In this document: piece by piece, positions 55,508 to 64,000 of the stretch
How the letters are laid out: each line of letters begins with the position of its first letter
Numbering within the stretch: the stretch's first letter is position 1
NCBI GenBank assembly: GCA_041665485.1
Contig: JBAYIT010000002.1
Coordinates: forward strand, 5,867 to 69,866
DNA: 64,000 bases
Direction: 5' to 3'
Source of the DNA: Candidatus Shapirobacteria bacterium
Lineage (GTDB): Bacteria; Patescibacteriota; Microgenomatia; UBA12405
The notes under the pieces: generated by a model
Told to the model about the DNA's origin: nothing
The model's database searches: none
The model's input: the letters and a program-made list of their open reading frames with translations, nothing else
Translations under genes and position numbers: made by a program

Positions 55508-57185
55508 ATAAGAACAACAACCGTACCATCGGCTCGTCCCACGACTGGACATAGTCAAAATATTTTTCCTTGTCATTCACCACTATCGGCTCAATTTCCA
55601 AACAAACATCACCCCAATCTCTCTCAAGTCTTTCAATTTTTTGCAAATACACCTTTTCTTTGCCAATTTTTTCCAAATCCAAATAGCCCCACCTCATTTC
55701 CTTTTTACATTCGGCATCCTTTATGGCAAAGCGGTAGGGGACCCGTATTAAATCATCATTACTCTTATTTATCACCATCTCAAAACCGCCAATCACATCA
55801 CCGTCCGAGGTGTGAAACATTTTTATTAACTTGCTTTTGGAACTTAAGTAACTTGGTTCCTCAACTTCTTTTAAAAATTCATCTTTATTTCTAAAATTTG
55901 TTGAAAGGTCGTAATAGCGCTTATTTATTTTGTCAACCACCCCCAAAACCAACACCAAAGCCACCAGTCCAAAAACCATCAAGTTTGCCCATTTCTTCCC
56001 CACCAATAGCCAAAATTGGCTAACCCAAAACAATAATAACGGCACCAACGGCAACAAATACCTCCCCTGCACCCCCTCAACTACGGTCGACCCCACCACT
56101 GTCCATTGTATTAAAAATGCCATCTCGATCAAGGTGTAGGTTAAGAAAATTATACTTCCAATCGAGACAAAACCAACCCAACCAATTATAGGTTTTTTTA
56201 GCTTACGAATAGTCACCACCAAAAAAGTTAATACAATCCCTACAACAATAAAGAATTGGTACAAATCAAATTCATAATCAAGCCAGCCAAAATAGCCAAG
56301 CACACCCTTAAAGTAAAAATCTCTCTTCGCCACCCACGTATCCGCCAATATTCGTCCTGCTTGCCATGGATCATGCTTAATTATTTCTAGTTGATACACG
56401 CCATTTATCAAACCAGAAGTTCCGCCACTTATATTATTTGTAAAATATTCAATAAATGCCAAAACCACCGGCACACAAGCCAGCACCACTGGCGCCACAA
56501 TCCATGGTTTTCTAATTACCACCTCTTTATACTTAGCCCAAAGAACTGCCGGTAATAGCAAAACCATTGGATAATACCCAGGCTTTACAAAAATAAACAG
56601 CGCCATCAAAATCGCTAGCAAAACCAAATTTTTCTTCAAAAAGACTGCCAATATCAAAGGCGCCAAGCACAACAAAAATACGTCGTGATTAACCCCCGTC
56701 ACCTGATGAATTACCATTGGAATCATGGCATAAGCCATAACCAGGTCCGCATATTTATCTGGAATTATCCTCAACGACAACCACACACAAATTAAAAACA
56801 ATATTAATCCAGCCATTCTCCCCAAATAAAACGATAATGCCGGATAAACCGAAAAAGATCCCGCCCACACCCCAACCTCAACTGGAAAATAACTAATATA
56901 ACTTCTCCAATCAGGCAAATAACCAAAAGTCACCATCTCCTTACTAAAATCTTTCTCCCACACCCTTTTACCGTCAAATTTTTTCTCATATCTAAAGGCC
57001 ACATCAATCACTTTAAGTTTTTCTGGTAATTTGATAAATCGAACTTGAGCTTCCCAAGGCCTTCCGCTAACTATTGCTGCCGTGTTCTGGAAATGAATCA
57101 CCTCATCAGCCTTTTGAAACGGCGGTACCAACCACACCATCACCAACCCCAGCACCACCAAATACAGCCAAAATATTTTTTTCAC
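55491..57185 (-). CDS. Polytopic integral membrane protein, candidate GT-C glycosyltransferase (DUF2142-like; loop D-E motif)
   Basis: TM1 then 'VPPFQKADEVIHFQNTAAIVSGRPW', then more than 10 TM segments and a C-terminal soluble domain of about 150 aa. 564 aa. Confidence 0.55.
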   Translation of the reverse strand: MKKIFWLYLVVLGLVMVWLVPPFQKADEVIHFQNTAAIVSGRPWEAQVRFIKLPEKLKVIDVAFRYEKKFDGKRVWEKDFSKEMVTFGYLPDWRSYISYFPVEVGVWAGSFSVYPALSFYLGRMAGLILFLICVWLSLRIIPDKYADLVMAYAMIPMVIHQVTGVNHDVFLLCLAPLILAVFLKKNLVLLAILMALFIFVKPGYYPMVLLLPAVLWAKYKEVVIRKPWIVAPVVLACVPVVLAFIEYFTNNISGGTSGLINGVYQLEIIKHDPWQAGRILADTWVAKRDFYFKGVLGYFGWLDYEFDLYQFFIVVGIVLTFLVVTIRKLKKPIIGWVGFVSIGSIIFLTYTLIEMAFLIQWTVVGSTVVEGVQGRYLLPLVPLLLFWVSQFWLLVGKKWANLMVFGLVALVLVLGVVDKINKRYYDLSTNFRNKDEFLKEVEEPSYLSSKSKLIKMFHTSDGDVIGGFEMVINKSNDDLIRVPYRFAIKDAECKKEMRWGYLDLEKIGKEKVYLQKIERLERDWGDVCLEIEPIVVNDKEKYFDYVQSWDEPMVRLLFLSSEVN

Positions 57186-57229
57186 GCCTAATTATAACCA
57201 AATTAATAACAGAGAAAACCTACAAAAGA

Positions 57230-58222
57230 TTATTCACCATCTTTACAAGATAAATTATTTGCCCATTCACGATTATCAAGATACCATTCCACACAATTTT
57301 TAATTCCCTGATCAAAATCAACAGACGGTTCCCAACCAAACAATTTTTTTGCTTTGTTACCATTTGCCAAAGTGTCTTTTATATCTGCCTTCGAAAATTC
57401 TCGATACTCAATAACTGCTTTTTTATCAGAATATCTTTGAATTAAGTCAATCAGATATTTGAGCGAGTAAGAGGCTAAGCCACCACCCAAGTTGACAATT
57501 TCATAACCCAAAGGTTTCAAAGCCATAATCGTACCTTTGGCAATGTCATCAACATAAGTAAAATCCCGAGTTTGAGTTCCGTCACCATTTATATAAATCG
57601 GTTTTCCCTCAATGATATTTTTAATAAACTTAAAAATAACCATGTCCGGTCTACCCGCTGGTCCATAAACAGTAAAATATCTAACAATACTAATATCCAA
57701 CCCATAAAGATAATGATACGTGTAAGCCATAACCTCAGCCGATTTTTTGGATGCCGCATATGGAGAAATTGGTGAATTGACTGGCAGTGTTTCCAAAAAC
57801 GGCATCGGCTGACCTGCATATAAAGAAGAGGTTGAAGCCAACACCATTTTCTTAACCCCATACACCTTCATTAACTCCATCAAATTTAAAGTACCCATCG
57901 CATTTGTTCTCATATAAACAAAAGGATTCTCCATACTATATCTCACCCCAGCTCTAGCCGCCAAATTAATAACTCCGTCAAATTGATTTTTTCTAAATAG
58001 ACCTTCTAAATCATCAAAGTTTTCAATATCAATTTTTTTAAAACTAAAATTTTTATTTTTTGTCAATAAACCTAATCGGTATTCTTTTAATCTCACATCA
58101 TAATAGTCATTCATATTATCTACCCCTACTACACTGTCACCTCGCTCTAGCAGTTGTTGACAAACTTTTTGGCCAATAAACCCAGATGACCCAGTTACCA
58201 ATATGTTCATTTTCATATTCAA
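57230..58222 (-). CDS. NAD-dependent epimerase/dehydratase (extended SDR; UDP-sugar 4-epimerase, GalE/UDP-glucuronate 4-epimerase-like)
   Basis: Rossmann 'ILVTGSSGFIGQKV', 'VDNMNDYYDVRLK', catalytic 'YAASKKSAEVMAYTY' (YxxxK). 330 aa. Confidence 0.8.
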   Translation of the reverse strand: MNMKMNILVTGSSGFIGQKVCQQLLERGDSVVGVDNMNDYYDVRLKEYRLGLLTKNKNFSFKKIDIENFDDLEGLFRKNQFDGVINLAARAGVRYSMENPFVYMRTNAMGTLNLMELMKVYGVKKMVLASTSSLYAGQPMPFLETLPVNSPISPYAASKKSAEVMAYTYHYLYGLDISIVRYFTVYGPAGRPDMVIFKFIKNIIEGKPIYINGDGTQTRDFTYVDDIAKGTIMALKPLGYEIVNLGGGLASYSLKYLIDLIQRYSDKKAVIEYREFSKADIKDTLANGNKAKKLFGWEPSVDFDQGIKNCVEWYLDNREWANNLSCKDGE

Positions 58223-58254
58223 TTATAACCAAAATAATAATGTAAAATAACAAA

Positions 58255-59028
58255 GTGAAATTCAGCATTGTTACTCCTTCATACAACCAAGGCCAATATA
58301 TCGAAGAAACTATCAATAGCGTTATTAGTCAAAAGGGTGATTTTGATATCGAATATTTCATCATGGACGGCAGCTCAACCGACAACACTGTTGCGATCCT
58401 AAAAAAATATTCCAAGAATTTATCCAAAAATCCGCGTATATCTTTTTATTGGCAATCTAAGAAAGACAGTGGCCAAGTTGACGCTCTTAACCAGGGCCTA
58501 GCCAAAACCAACGGCGATGTTATCGCCTACATTAACTCCGACGACTATTATCTCCCCAACGCCTTTAATACTGTTGCCAAATATTTCGAAAGCCACCCCA
58601 AAAGCCTCTGGCTAGTTGGCAATTGTCAAGTCTCCAACCCTCGTCTCGCCTGGACGTTTTTCCTTAAACATCTTTGGCCAATCCAATGTTTCAAAGACGC
58701 CTTATATGTCTTTAATACCATCAACCAACCATCCGTCTTTCTAAAAAAACCACTAGTTGATAAGGTTGGTAAGTTTAACTCCGATTACCACTACGCCTTT
58801 GATTATGATTATTGGCTCAGATGTTTGAAATTTGGCTTACCAAGTAGAATTTTTAACGGTCTTTCCGTTTTCCGCATTCACGAAAAGTCAAAAGGTAATA
58901 CAGGTTTCATCGCCCAATTTACTGAAGACAGAATAATATTAAATAACTACTATCCAAATATTATTGAAAGAAAACTTCATGATTTCGGTAAATATTTGGT
59001 TAGTCATATTTACAAAAAAATAAAATAA
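58255..59028 (+). CDS. GT2 family glycosyltransferase
   Basis: 'KFSIVTPSYNQGQYIEETINSVISQ...YFIMDGSSTDNT' and 'INSDDYY'. Confidence 0.75.
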   Translation: MKFSIVTPSYNQGQYIEETINSVISQKGDFDIEYFIMDGSSTDNTVAILKKYSKNLSKNPRISFYWQSKKDSGQVDALNQGLAKTNGDVIAYINSDDYYLPNAFNTVAKYFESHPKSLWLVGNCQVSNPRLAWTFFLKHLWPIQCFKDALYVFNTINQPSVFLKKPLVDKVGKFNSDYHYAFDYDYWLRCLKFGLPSRIFNGLSVFRIHEKSKGNTGFIAQFTEDRIILNNYYPNIIERKLHDFGKYLVSHIYKKIK

Positions 59029-60162
59029 ATGCTCAAGTCTTCTTTTAAAAGAATCGGAATTAACCTGCTCTTTTTATTTCCAGGTAAAGTCGGCGGTACT
59101 GAAATATTTGCGAGAAAATTACTTGAAATAGTCGACAAAACATTTGCCAAAGAAAACCTAGTTGTCGTTTATTGCCAAAAGGAATTTGCCAACACGGTAA
59201 ATTACCAAAACATTAAGATTTCCGTCTGTCCGATTTTTTTCTCTAACAAAATGTCTCGATTATTCTACGAGTTATTAATTCTTCCATTTGTCTTGCTTCG
59301 AGACAAAATCGATTTATTACATTCGATGGGATATACCTCGCCAATTATTACTAACTGTCCCAAAATCGTTACTATTTTTGACACGCAATATATTAGCTTT
59401 CCCAATACTATTTCTAAATTTTACAGAACCATCTATTTAATTCTAATTCCATTAATTGCCAAAACATGCGATAAAATAATTACTGTTTCAACTTTTTCAA
59501 AAAATGAAATCATCAAAAACTTAAAAGTCGATCCTGGGAAAATACAAGTAATTTATGGAGGGGTTAGTCAGATAGTCAACAAACCTGTCTCGGATCTTGA
59601 TAGAGGAAACTACATTATGACTTCTGCCGCAACTCATCCCCATAAAAATATCTTAAATTTAGTTAAAGCATTTAATACTTTAATAACAGATGAAAAATTT
59701 AAAAAATTCAAATTGATCATCTCCGGATTTCCCTCAATTGGACAAAATGATATTACCAATTTCTTAATAAAAAACAAACTTACCAACCAGGTAAAGTTTC
59801 TTGGCTGGCTAGACCACTCAAAAAACTTAGAAAAAATGTCTAAAGCCAGATTGTTTGTTTTTCCATCTTTGTACGAAGGTTTTGGCCTTCCCGCTTTGGA
59901 ATCATTGTCACTTGGAACCCCACTGGTTGTTTCCAATTCCGCCTCTTTACCAGAAGTTGTCGGTAATTCAGCCGTAATCATAAATGCTCAAAAAAGTAGA
60001 AACATCCTCCTTGGTATAAAAAAAGTTTTAACAAACCAAATCCTCCGAAACAATAATGTTAAAAACGGTCTTCAAAGAGCCAAACTGTTTGGCTGGAAAA
60101 AATCAGCTGACAAAACAATTGTTTTATATAAGTCATTTCTAAACTATGGACAATTATCTTAA
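59029..60162 (+). CDS. GT4 (GT-B fold) glycosyltransferase
   Basis: 'LFVFPSLYEGFGLPALESLSLGTPLVVSNSASLPEVVG'. Confidence 0.75.
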   Translation: MLKSSFKRIGINLLFLFPGKVGGTEIFARKLLEIVDKTFAKENLVVVYCQKEFANTVNYQNIKISVCPIFFSNKMSRLFYELLILPFVLLRDKIDLLHSMGYTSPIITNCPKIVTIFDTQYISFPNTISKFYRTIYLILIPLIAKTCDKIITVSTFSKNEIIKNLKVDPGKIQVIYGGVSQIVNKPVSDLDRGNYIMTSAATHPHKNILNLVKAFNTLITDEKFKKFKLIISGFPSIGQNDITNFLIKNKLTNQVKFLGWLDHSKNLEKMSKARLFVFPSLYEGFGLPALESLSLGTPLVVSNSASLPEVVGNSAVIINAQKSRNILLGIKKVLTNQILRNNNVKNGLQRAKLFGWKKSADKTIVLYKSFLNYGQLS

Positions 60163-60841
60163 GTATCTTCAAAAAATCCAAAGCTCTAAAAATTTTCGCA
60201 GGAAAGTTGATTACATCGAGTACAATTTTTCTAAATATTTCAATAACAATAATATTTCCGTTTTAGAAATCGGACCAGGTTTAGGAGAATTTATCTATTA
60301 TTTAAATAAACTGAATATTAATACAATCGACATAATTGACCAAGATAAATATATCCTCAAAAATATTCAACAAAAATATAAAGTTCGCCAAATATGTTGT
60401 TCTGATATTTTAACTTCTGTAATCGAAAAACAATACGATATTATTTTTCTTTTACAAGTACTCGAACACATTCCAAAAAATAATTATCAAAAATTATTAA
60501 ATAACCTATTCAAACATCTAAATAAAAACGGAAAAATAATAATTACAGTTCCAAACGGAGGAAATCCATTCAACATTGTCGAAAGATATTCTGACCTAAC
60601 TCACGAAATATTGTTCACTGAAAACTCATTAAAAGAGTTGCCTAATTATTGCAATTTACCAAGTAATACTATCACAGAGGTCCAACCTTACAACATTCCC
60701 ACTTATTCATTAATTAATCAAACTAGAATTATATTCCAAAAACTAACTCACCTAATCATACTTTTTACATCAATATCTAACGGTGGAGTCTTTTCCAGAA
60801 TCCTAACCCCAAACATCTCCCTAATAATCACCAAAAAATAA
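60146..60841 (+). CDS. Class I SAM-dependent methyltransferase
   Basis: 'ISVLEIGPGLGEFIYYL' motif I, 'YDIIFLLQVLEHI' and 'LNKNGKIIITVPN'. Confidence 0.65.
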   Translation: MDNYLKYLQKIQSSKNFRRKVDYIEYNFSKYFNNNNISVLEIGPGLGEFIYYLNKLNINTIDIIDQDKYILKNIQQKYKVRQICCSDILTSVIEKQYDIIFLLQVLEHIPKNNYQKLLNNLFKHLNKNGKIIITVPNGGNPFNIVERYSDLTHEILFTENSLKELPNYCNLPSNTITEVQPYNIPTYSLINQTRIIFQKLTHLIILFTSISNGGVFSRILTPNISLIITKK

Positions 60842-61753
60842 ATGAATTTCGATACCCCCATCCTTTTCATTATCTTTAATCGTCCCGACACCACCAAGCG
60901 GGTTTTTGAAGCCATCCGTAAACTTAAACCATTATATTTGTATGTAGCAGCCGATGGTCCTCGTTTGTCACGCCCAAGCGAAAAAGATTTATGTCAACAG
61001 ACAAGAAACATCATTAAACTTGTAGACTGGCCCTGTAAAGTAAACACCCTTTTCCAAGATAACAATCTCGGATGTAAAATGGCTGTGTGTACAGCCATAA
61101 CCTGGTTTTTTAACAATGTGAAACAGGGGATAGTTCTTGAAGACGACTGTCTCCCCAACCCCTCATTCTTTCCTTACTGCAGCCAACTTCTAGACAAGTA
61201 TGCCAACGATAAAAAGATTATGACTATCAGTGGTGACAATTTTCAAATAGAAAAAAGCCATGACAGTTATTATTTTTCTAAATACTCCCACATTTGGGGG
61301 TGGGCCTCATGGGCCAGAGCCTGGAAACACTATGACGTAAAAATATCAACTTGGCCAGAAACAAGAAAAAAGGATCTTTTTAAAAAAATTTTACCAAACA
61401 TGATAGTAAAATTTTATTGGTACCAAATTTTTGACCTTGTCCACAACAATAAAATAAATACTTGGGATTATCAATGGTTATATTGTATTTGGAAAAACAA
61501 TGGGATTACCATCATACCTTCTGTTAACCTTATCTCAAATATTGGGTTTGGTAATAATCCCACTCACACTTACAACAAACACTCCTCCTTTGCCAATATG
61601 GAAACCTATAAAATGACTTTTCCTTTACTTCATCCCAAAAATCAAAAAATAAACATCAAATATGATAATTTTACCGAAAAACATCATTTCAAAATAAATC
61701 TATCCCGCTACCTTTTCATGGCTGTATATCATCGTATTTTTTCTATATTATGA
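60842..61753 (+). CDS. HlpA-like nucleotide-diphospho-sugar transferase (GT-A fold, GT13/GnT-I-related family)
   Basis: 'PILFIIFNRPDTTKRVFEAIRKLKPLYLYVAADGPR' matches the N-terminus of 'hemolytic protein HlpA-like' GT-A proteins. 'LEDDCLP' DXD. Confidence 0.55.
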   Translation: MNFDTPILFIIFNRPDTTKRVFEAIRKLKPLYLYVAADGPRLSRPSEKDLCQQTRNIIKLVDWPCKVNTLFQDNNLGCKMAVCTAITWFFNNVKQGIVLEDDCLPNPSFFPYCSQLLDKYANDKKIMTISGDNFQIEKSHDSYYFSKYSHIWGWASWARAWKHYDVKISTWPETRKKDLFKKILPNMIVKFYWYQIFDLVHNNKINTWDYQWLYCIWKNNGITIIPSVNLISNIGFGNNPTHTYNKHSSFANMETYKMTFPLLHPKNQKINIKYDNFTEKHHFKINLSRYLFMAVYHRIFSIL

Positions 61754-62535
61754 GTAAACGTGAACTCTTTTTTACCATCATCACCTGTTCTAAGAATTCA
61801 TCAAGTACTATTATCAACACCATTAACTCTGTTAAAAAACAATCTTTTACTGATTATCAACATATTTTTATCGACGGTAACTCCACCGACAACACCGTAA
61901 ATATTATTAATAAATACAAATGCAACAATCAAGATAAAGTTAAACTTTTTCAATTTCCCTCCAAAGGCATTTCAGATGCTATGAATATTGGAATCGACAA
62001 ATCTAAGGGCAAGTATCTTATTCACCTTCACAGTGACGACTCGTTTTTCTCATCAAAAGTACTTAAAGACGTTCATGATTATTTGCTAAAAAATCCAAAC
62101 CTTGACTGGGTTTACGGAAAAATTAATATTATTGACCAAGATATAAATCAAAATATCGGAACTTTCCCCAATCGTAAGATATTCCAAATTGCCTCTCAAT
62201 TCCTTTTGGAACTGTTCAACTTTATTCCCCACCAAGCCGTCTTTATAAAAAAATCAGTCTTTAAAAAATTTGGATTATTCGACACTAACTTTAAGATTGC
62301 CATGGATTATGATTTTTGGATGAAGATTCATCAAGTAACTAGGTGGAAATTTACCAATATTATCGTTTCAAATTATGGAATTAGCCAAAACAGCACCTCA
62401 TCAAAGATATCAAATCGCTCCAGAGGAATTTTCGAATATCACCAAATCCATAAAAAATATTTAAGTTACCCCATGTACCTTCTCTCAGAATTTGTCCTTT
62501 TCATAATCAATAAATTTAATAAAACATACCGATGA
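61750..62535 (+). CDS. GT2 family glycosyltransferase
   Basis: 'LFFTIITCSKNSSSTIINTINSVKKQSF.DYQHIFIDGNSTDNT' and 'HSDDSF'. Confidence 0.75.
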   Translation: MSKRELFFTIITCSKNSSSTIINTINSVKKQSFTDYQHIFIDGNSTDNTVNIINKYKCNNQDKVKLFQFPSKGISDAMNIGIDKSKGKYLIHLHSDDSFFSSKVLKDVHDYLLKNPNLDWVYGKINIIDQDINQNIGTFPNRKIFQIASQFLLELFNFIPHQAVFIKKSVFKKFGLFDTNFKIAMDYDFWMKIHQVTRWKFTNIIVSNYGISQNSTSSKISNRSRGIFEYHQIHKKYLSYPMYLLSEFVLFIINKFNKTYR

Positions 62536-64000
62536 TAGAAATTATCTTTACTTTTACTCCACTAATTATCTTTGTTTTTCTGAGTTATTTTCTCTTCTCT
62601 CCAATTCAAAAGGTCATTGACAATAAACTATTATCGTTTTTTACCTCTCTTCTAGTCTCCCCGCTATTTATCTCTCTTTTTTACCACTTATTGATATATA
62701 TATTCCCCAATCATCAAGATATATTTTATATATTAGCCTTAGTTACATTTACCTTCCTTATCTCCATTATTTCATTGAAATTTTTTGGGAAACCCACCTT
62801 ACAGATACCAAAAGGATTGTCCCTGCCATCCTCCCCAACCAACAAACTGTTAATCCTTATCAATCTAATTATTATTTCAACCACAATTGTTAGAACCGTC
62901 TTTTGGCCCATCAACTGGGATGATCAAATACTCTATTTGCGTCAGTCATATGTCTATCACCAGACACAATCGGCTCACACTTTATATCAACTCATCCCTT
63001 ACAAAGACAACCAAATCGAATATCAAATGAACGCTTCGATTAGACCAGCTCTTCCAATAATATTTTCCCTTGGATTCTTTTTTTCCAACTCCATCAGAAC
63101 TGTTCAATATTATTGCCAATTTATGATTGTCTGGTTTTTTATTTCTCTTCTTGGTATCACTTACAGTATTGCCAAATCTATCTTTTCGCCTAACAGAACT
63201 ATTCCACAGCTTACTCTGTTTCTTATCTTAACTTGTTACTACCTTATCAATTTTACTATCTATGGTTTCAAGGAGCCATCTCTCATGGCTTTAACCTTAC
63301 TATCCCTCTATCTCATATATTATTTCAATTCAATAAAAACCCTTTCAATCATCCAACCAGTAATCCTTGGGATTACTACTGGCCTAGTTTGCTTCATCAA
63401 CTATTCCGGGTCAGTTTTATCTTCGATTATTATTATCATCTACTTCCTCTACGTCCATAAAAATTTGCTTATTAAAATTAAGTATGTCTCAGTATTAATT
63501 ATCAGCCTGATGCTTTTTAGTTTCTGTGAACCAATAATTTTCCTCTCCTGGGTAGTAGCCGGAATCATACCAAAAAGCGACACTCAAATTATCAACGAAT
63601 CAAATTTACCGCCTCAATCAAATTATCAAGAAATCTCTCGAGAAACTCACTATTTTATTTCCCAAATGACAACAGCCATCATCGATGGTCAAAAATCTAA
63701 GAACACAGAGTCGTCTGGATACAAAATACTTCAAGATAGTAACTTTGATTATTTAATCAAAGGCAAACTTCAAGGCTTATTTCAAATTCAATTCTATGGA
63801 CCTGTGATTATATTTTTCCTTATAGTTTTACTTATTAATTTTAAATCTGTTGTCTCCATTTCTTTCAACCGCCTGCTACTTATATTTTTATTATTGTATT
63901 GCACCATTTTTTTCGACCCGTTCAACCTAAACCCAAATCGATATTCTTATGTTCTCAACATCAGTCCCAAATATACCATCATGCTTATCCCTATACTAGC
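62532..64000 (+). CDS. Polytopic integral membrane protein (3' end outside the window), candidate GT-C glycosyltransferase
   Basis: ATG at 62532 overlaps the upstream stop (ATGA). The frame stays open to the window end (about 490 aa seen). Many TM segments, and the loop 'WPINWDDQILYL' carries an acidic pair. Absent from the ORF track only because it has no stop. Confidence 0.55.
   Translation, partial: MIEIIFTFTPLIIFVFLSYFLFSPIQKVIDNKLLSFFTSLLVSPLFISLFYHLLIYIFPNHQDIFYILALVTFTFLISIISLKFFGKPTLQIPKGLSLPSSPTNKLLILINLIIISTTIVRTVFWPINWDDQILYLRQSYVYHQTQSAHTLYQLIPYKDNQIEYQMNASIRPALPIIFSLGFFFSNSIRTVQYYCQFMIVWFFISLLGITYSIAKSIFSPNRTIPQLTLFLILTCYYLINFTIYGFKEPSLMALTLLSLYLIYYFNSIKTLSIIQPVILGITTGLVCFINYSGSVLSSIIIIIYFLYVHKNLLIKIKYVSVLIISLMLFSFCEPIIFLSWVVAGIIPKSDTQIINESNLPPQSNYQEISRETHYFISQMTTAIIDGQKSKNTESSGYKILQDSNFDYLIKGKLQGLFQIQFYGPVIIFFLIVLLINFKSVVSISFNRLLLIFLLLYCTIFFDPFNLNPNRYSYVLNISPKYTIMLIPIL

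Noticed and set aside
1-64000. Search for CRISPR arrays, tRNA/rRNA genes, integrases/transposases, and defense-system signatures
   Set aside because: No spaced direct repeats of 25-40 nt, no cloverleaf-compatible segments in the rare non-coding gaps, and no recombinase or transposase-like translations were seen. The only repeats are the short 7-8-nt in-frame arrays reported above.

Overview
This 64-kb window is almost entirely coding, AT-rich (about 35% GC by eye), and has no rRNA, tRNA, CRISPR or transposase signal. Genes run in long same-strand blocks with 4-40 nt start/stop overlaps, and several convergent pairs overlap at their 3' ends. Shine-Dalgarno sequences are rarely visible. The style fits a small, streamlined genome such as Patescibacteria (CPR), but I cannot assign taxonomy from the sequence.

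Functionally it is one very large envelope-glycosylation locus. It holds at least 8 paralogs of an ArnT/PMT-like GT-C membrane glycosyltransferase, including one partial at the 5' edge. Each has an N-terminal TM helix followed by a conserved loop D-E motif and a shared C-terminal soluble domain. It also holds about 10 more large polytopic membrane proteins of at least two further families: a 'DDMxV...FN(Y/F)YPPL' pair, and DUF2029/DUF2142-like candidates that are probably also GT-C enzymes. Around these sit about 13 GT2 (GT-A) enzymes, several of them ArnC/GtrB/DPM1-like with C-terminal TM helices, so likely polyprenyl-phosphate-sugar synthases feeding the GT-C enzymes. There are 7 GT4 (GT-B) enzymes, a Wzx-type flippase, a Wzm/Wzt ABC exporter, an acyltransferase-3 O-acyltransferase, an NAD-dependent UDP-sugar epimerase, three class I SAM methyltransferases, a YvcK/CofD-like protein and a membrane+TPR (TMTC-like) protein. 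A mirror-arranged module (36.1-43.9 kb) carries two B12-binding radical SAM enzymes flanked by GT4s and methyltransferases.

The most unusual sequence-level signal is a set of short degenerate tandem arrays with 7- or 8-nt periodicity embedded in-frame inside conserved genes. These include a perfect (GTACCTT)x4 repeat, GG(A/T)AATT arrays in two unrelated genes, and CCAGCG(A/T)A octamer arrays in a GT2.

All functional calls rest on motifs I can read in the translations (DXD, EX7E, CxxxCxxC, Walker A, GxGxG, YxxxK, TPR). No database search was run. Start codons are frequently ambiguous.
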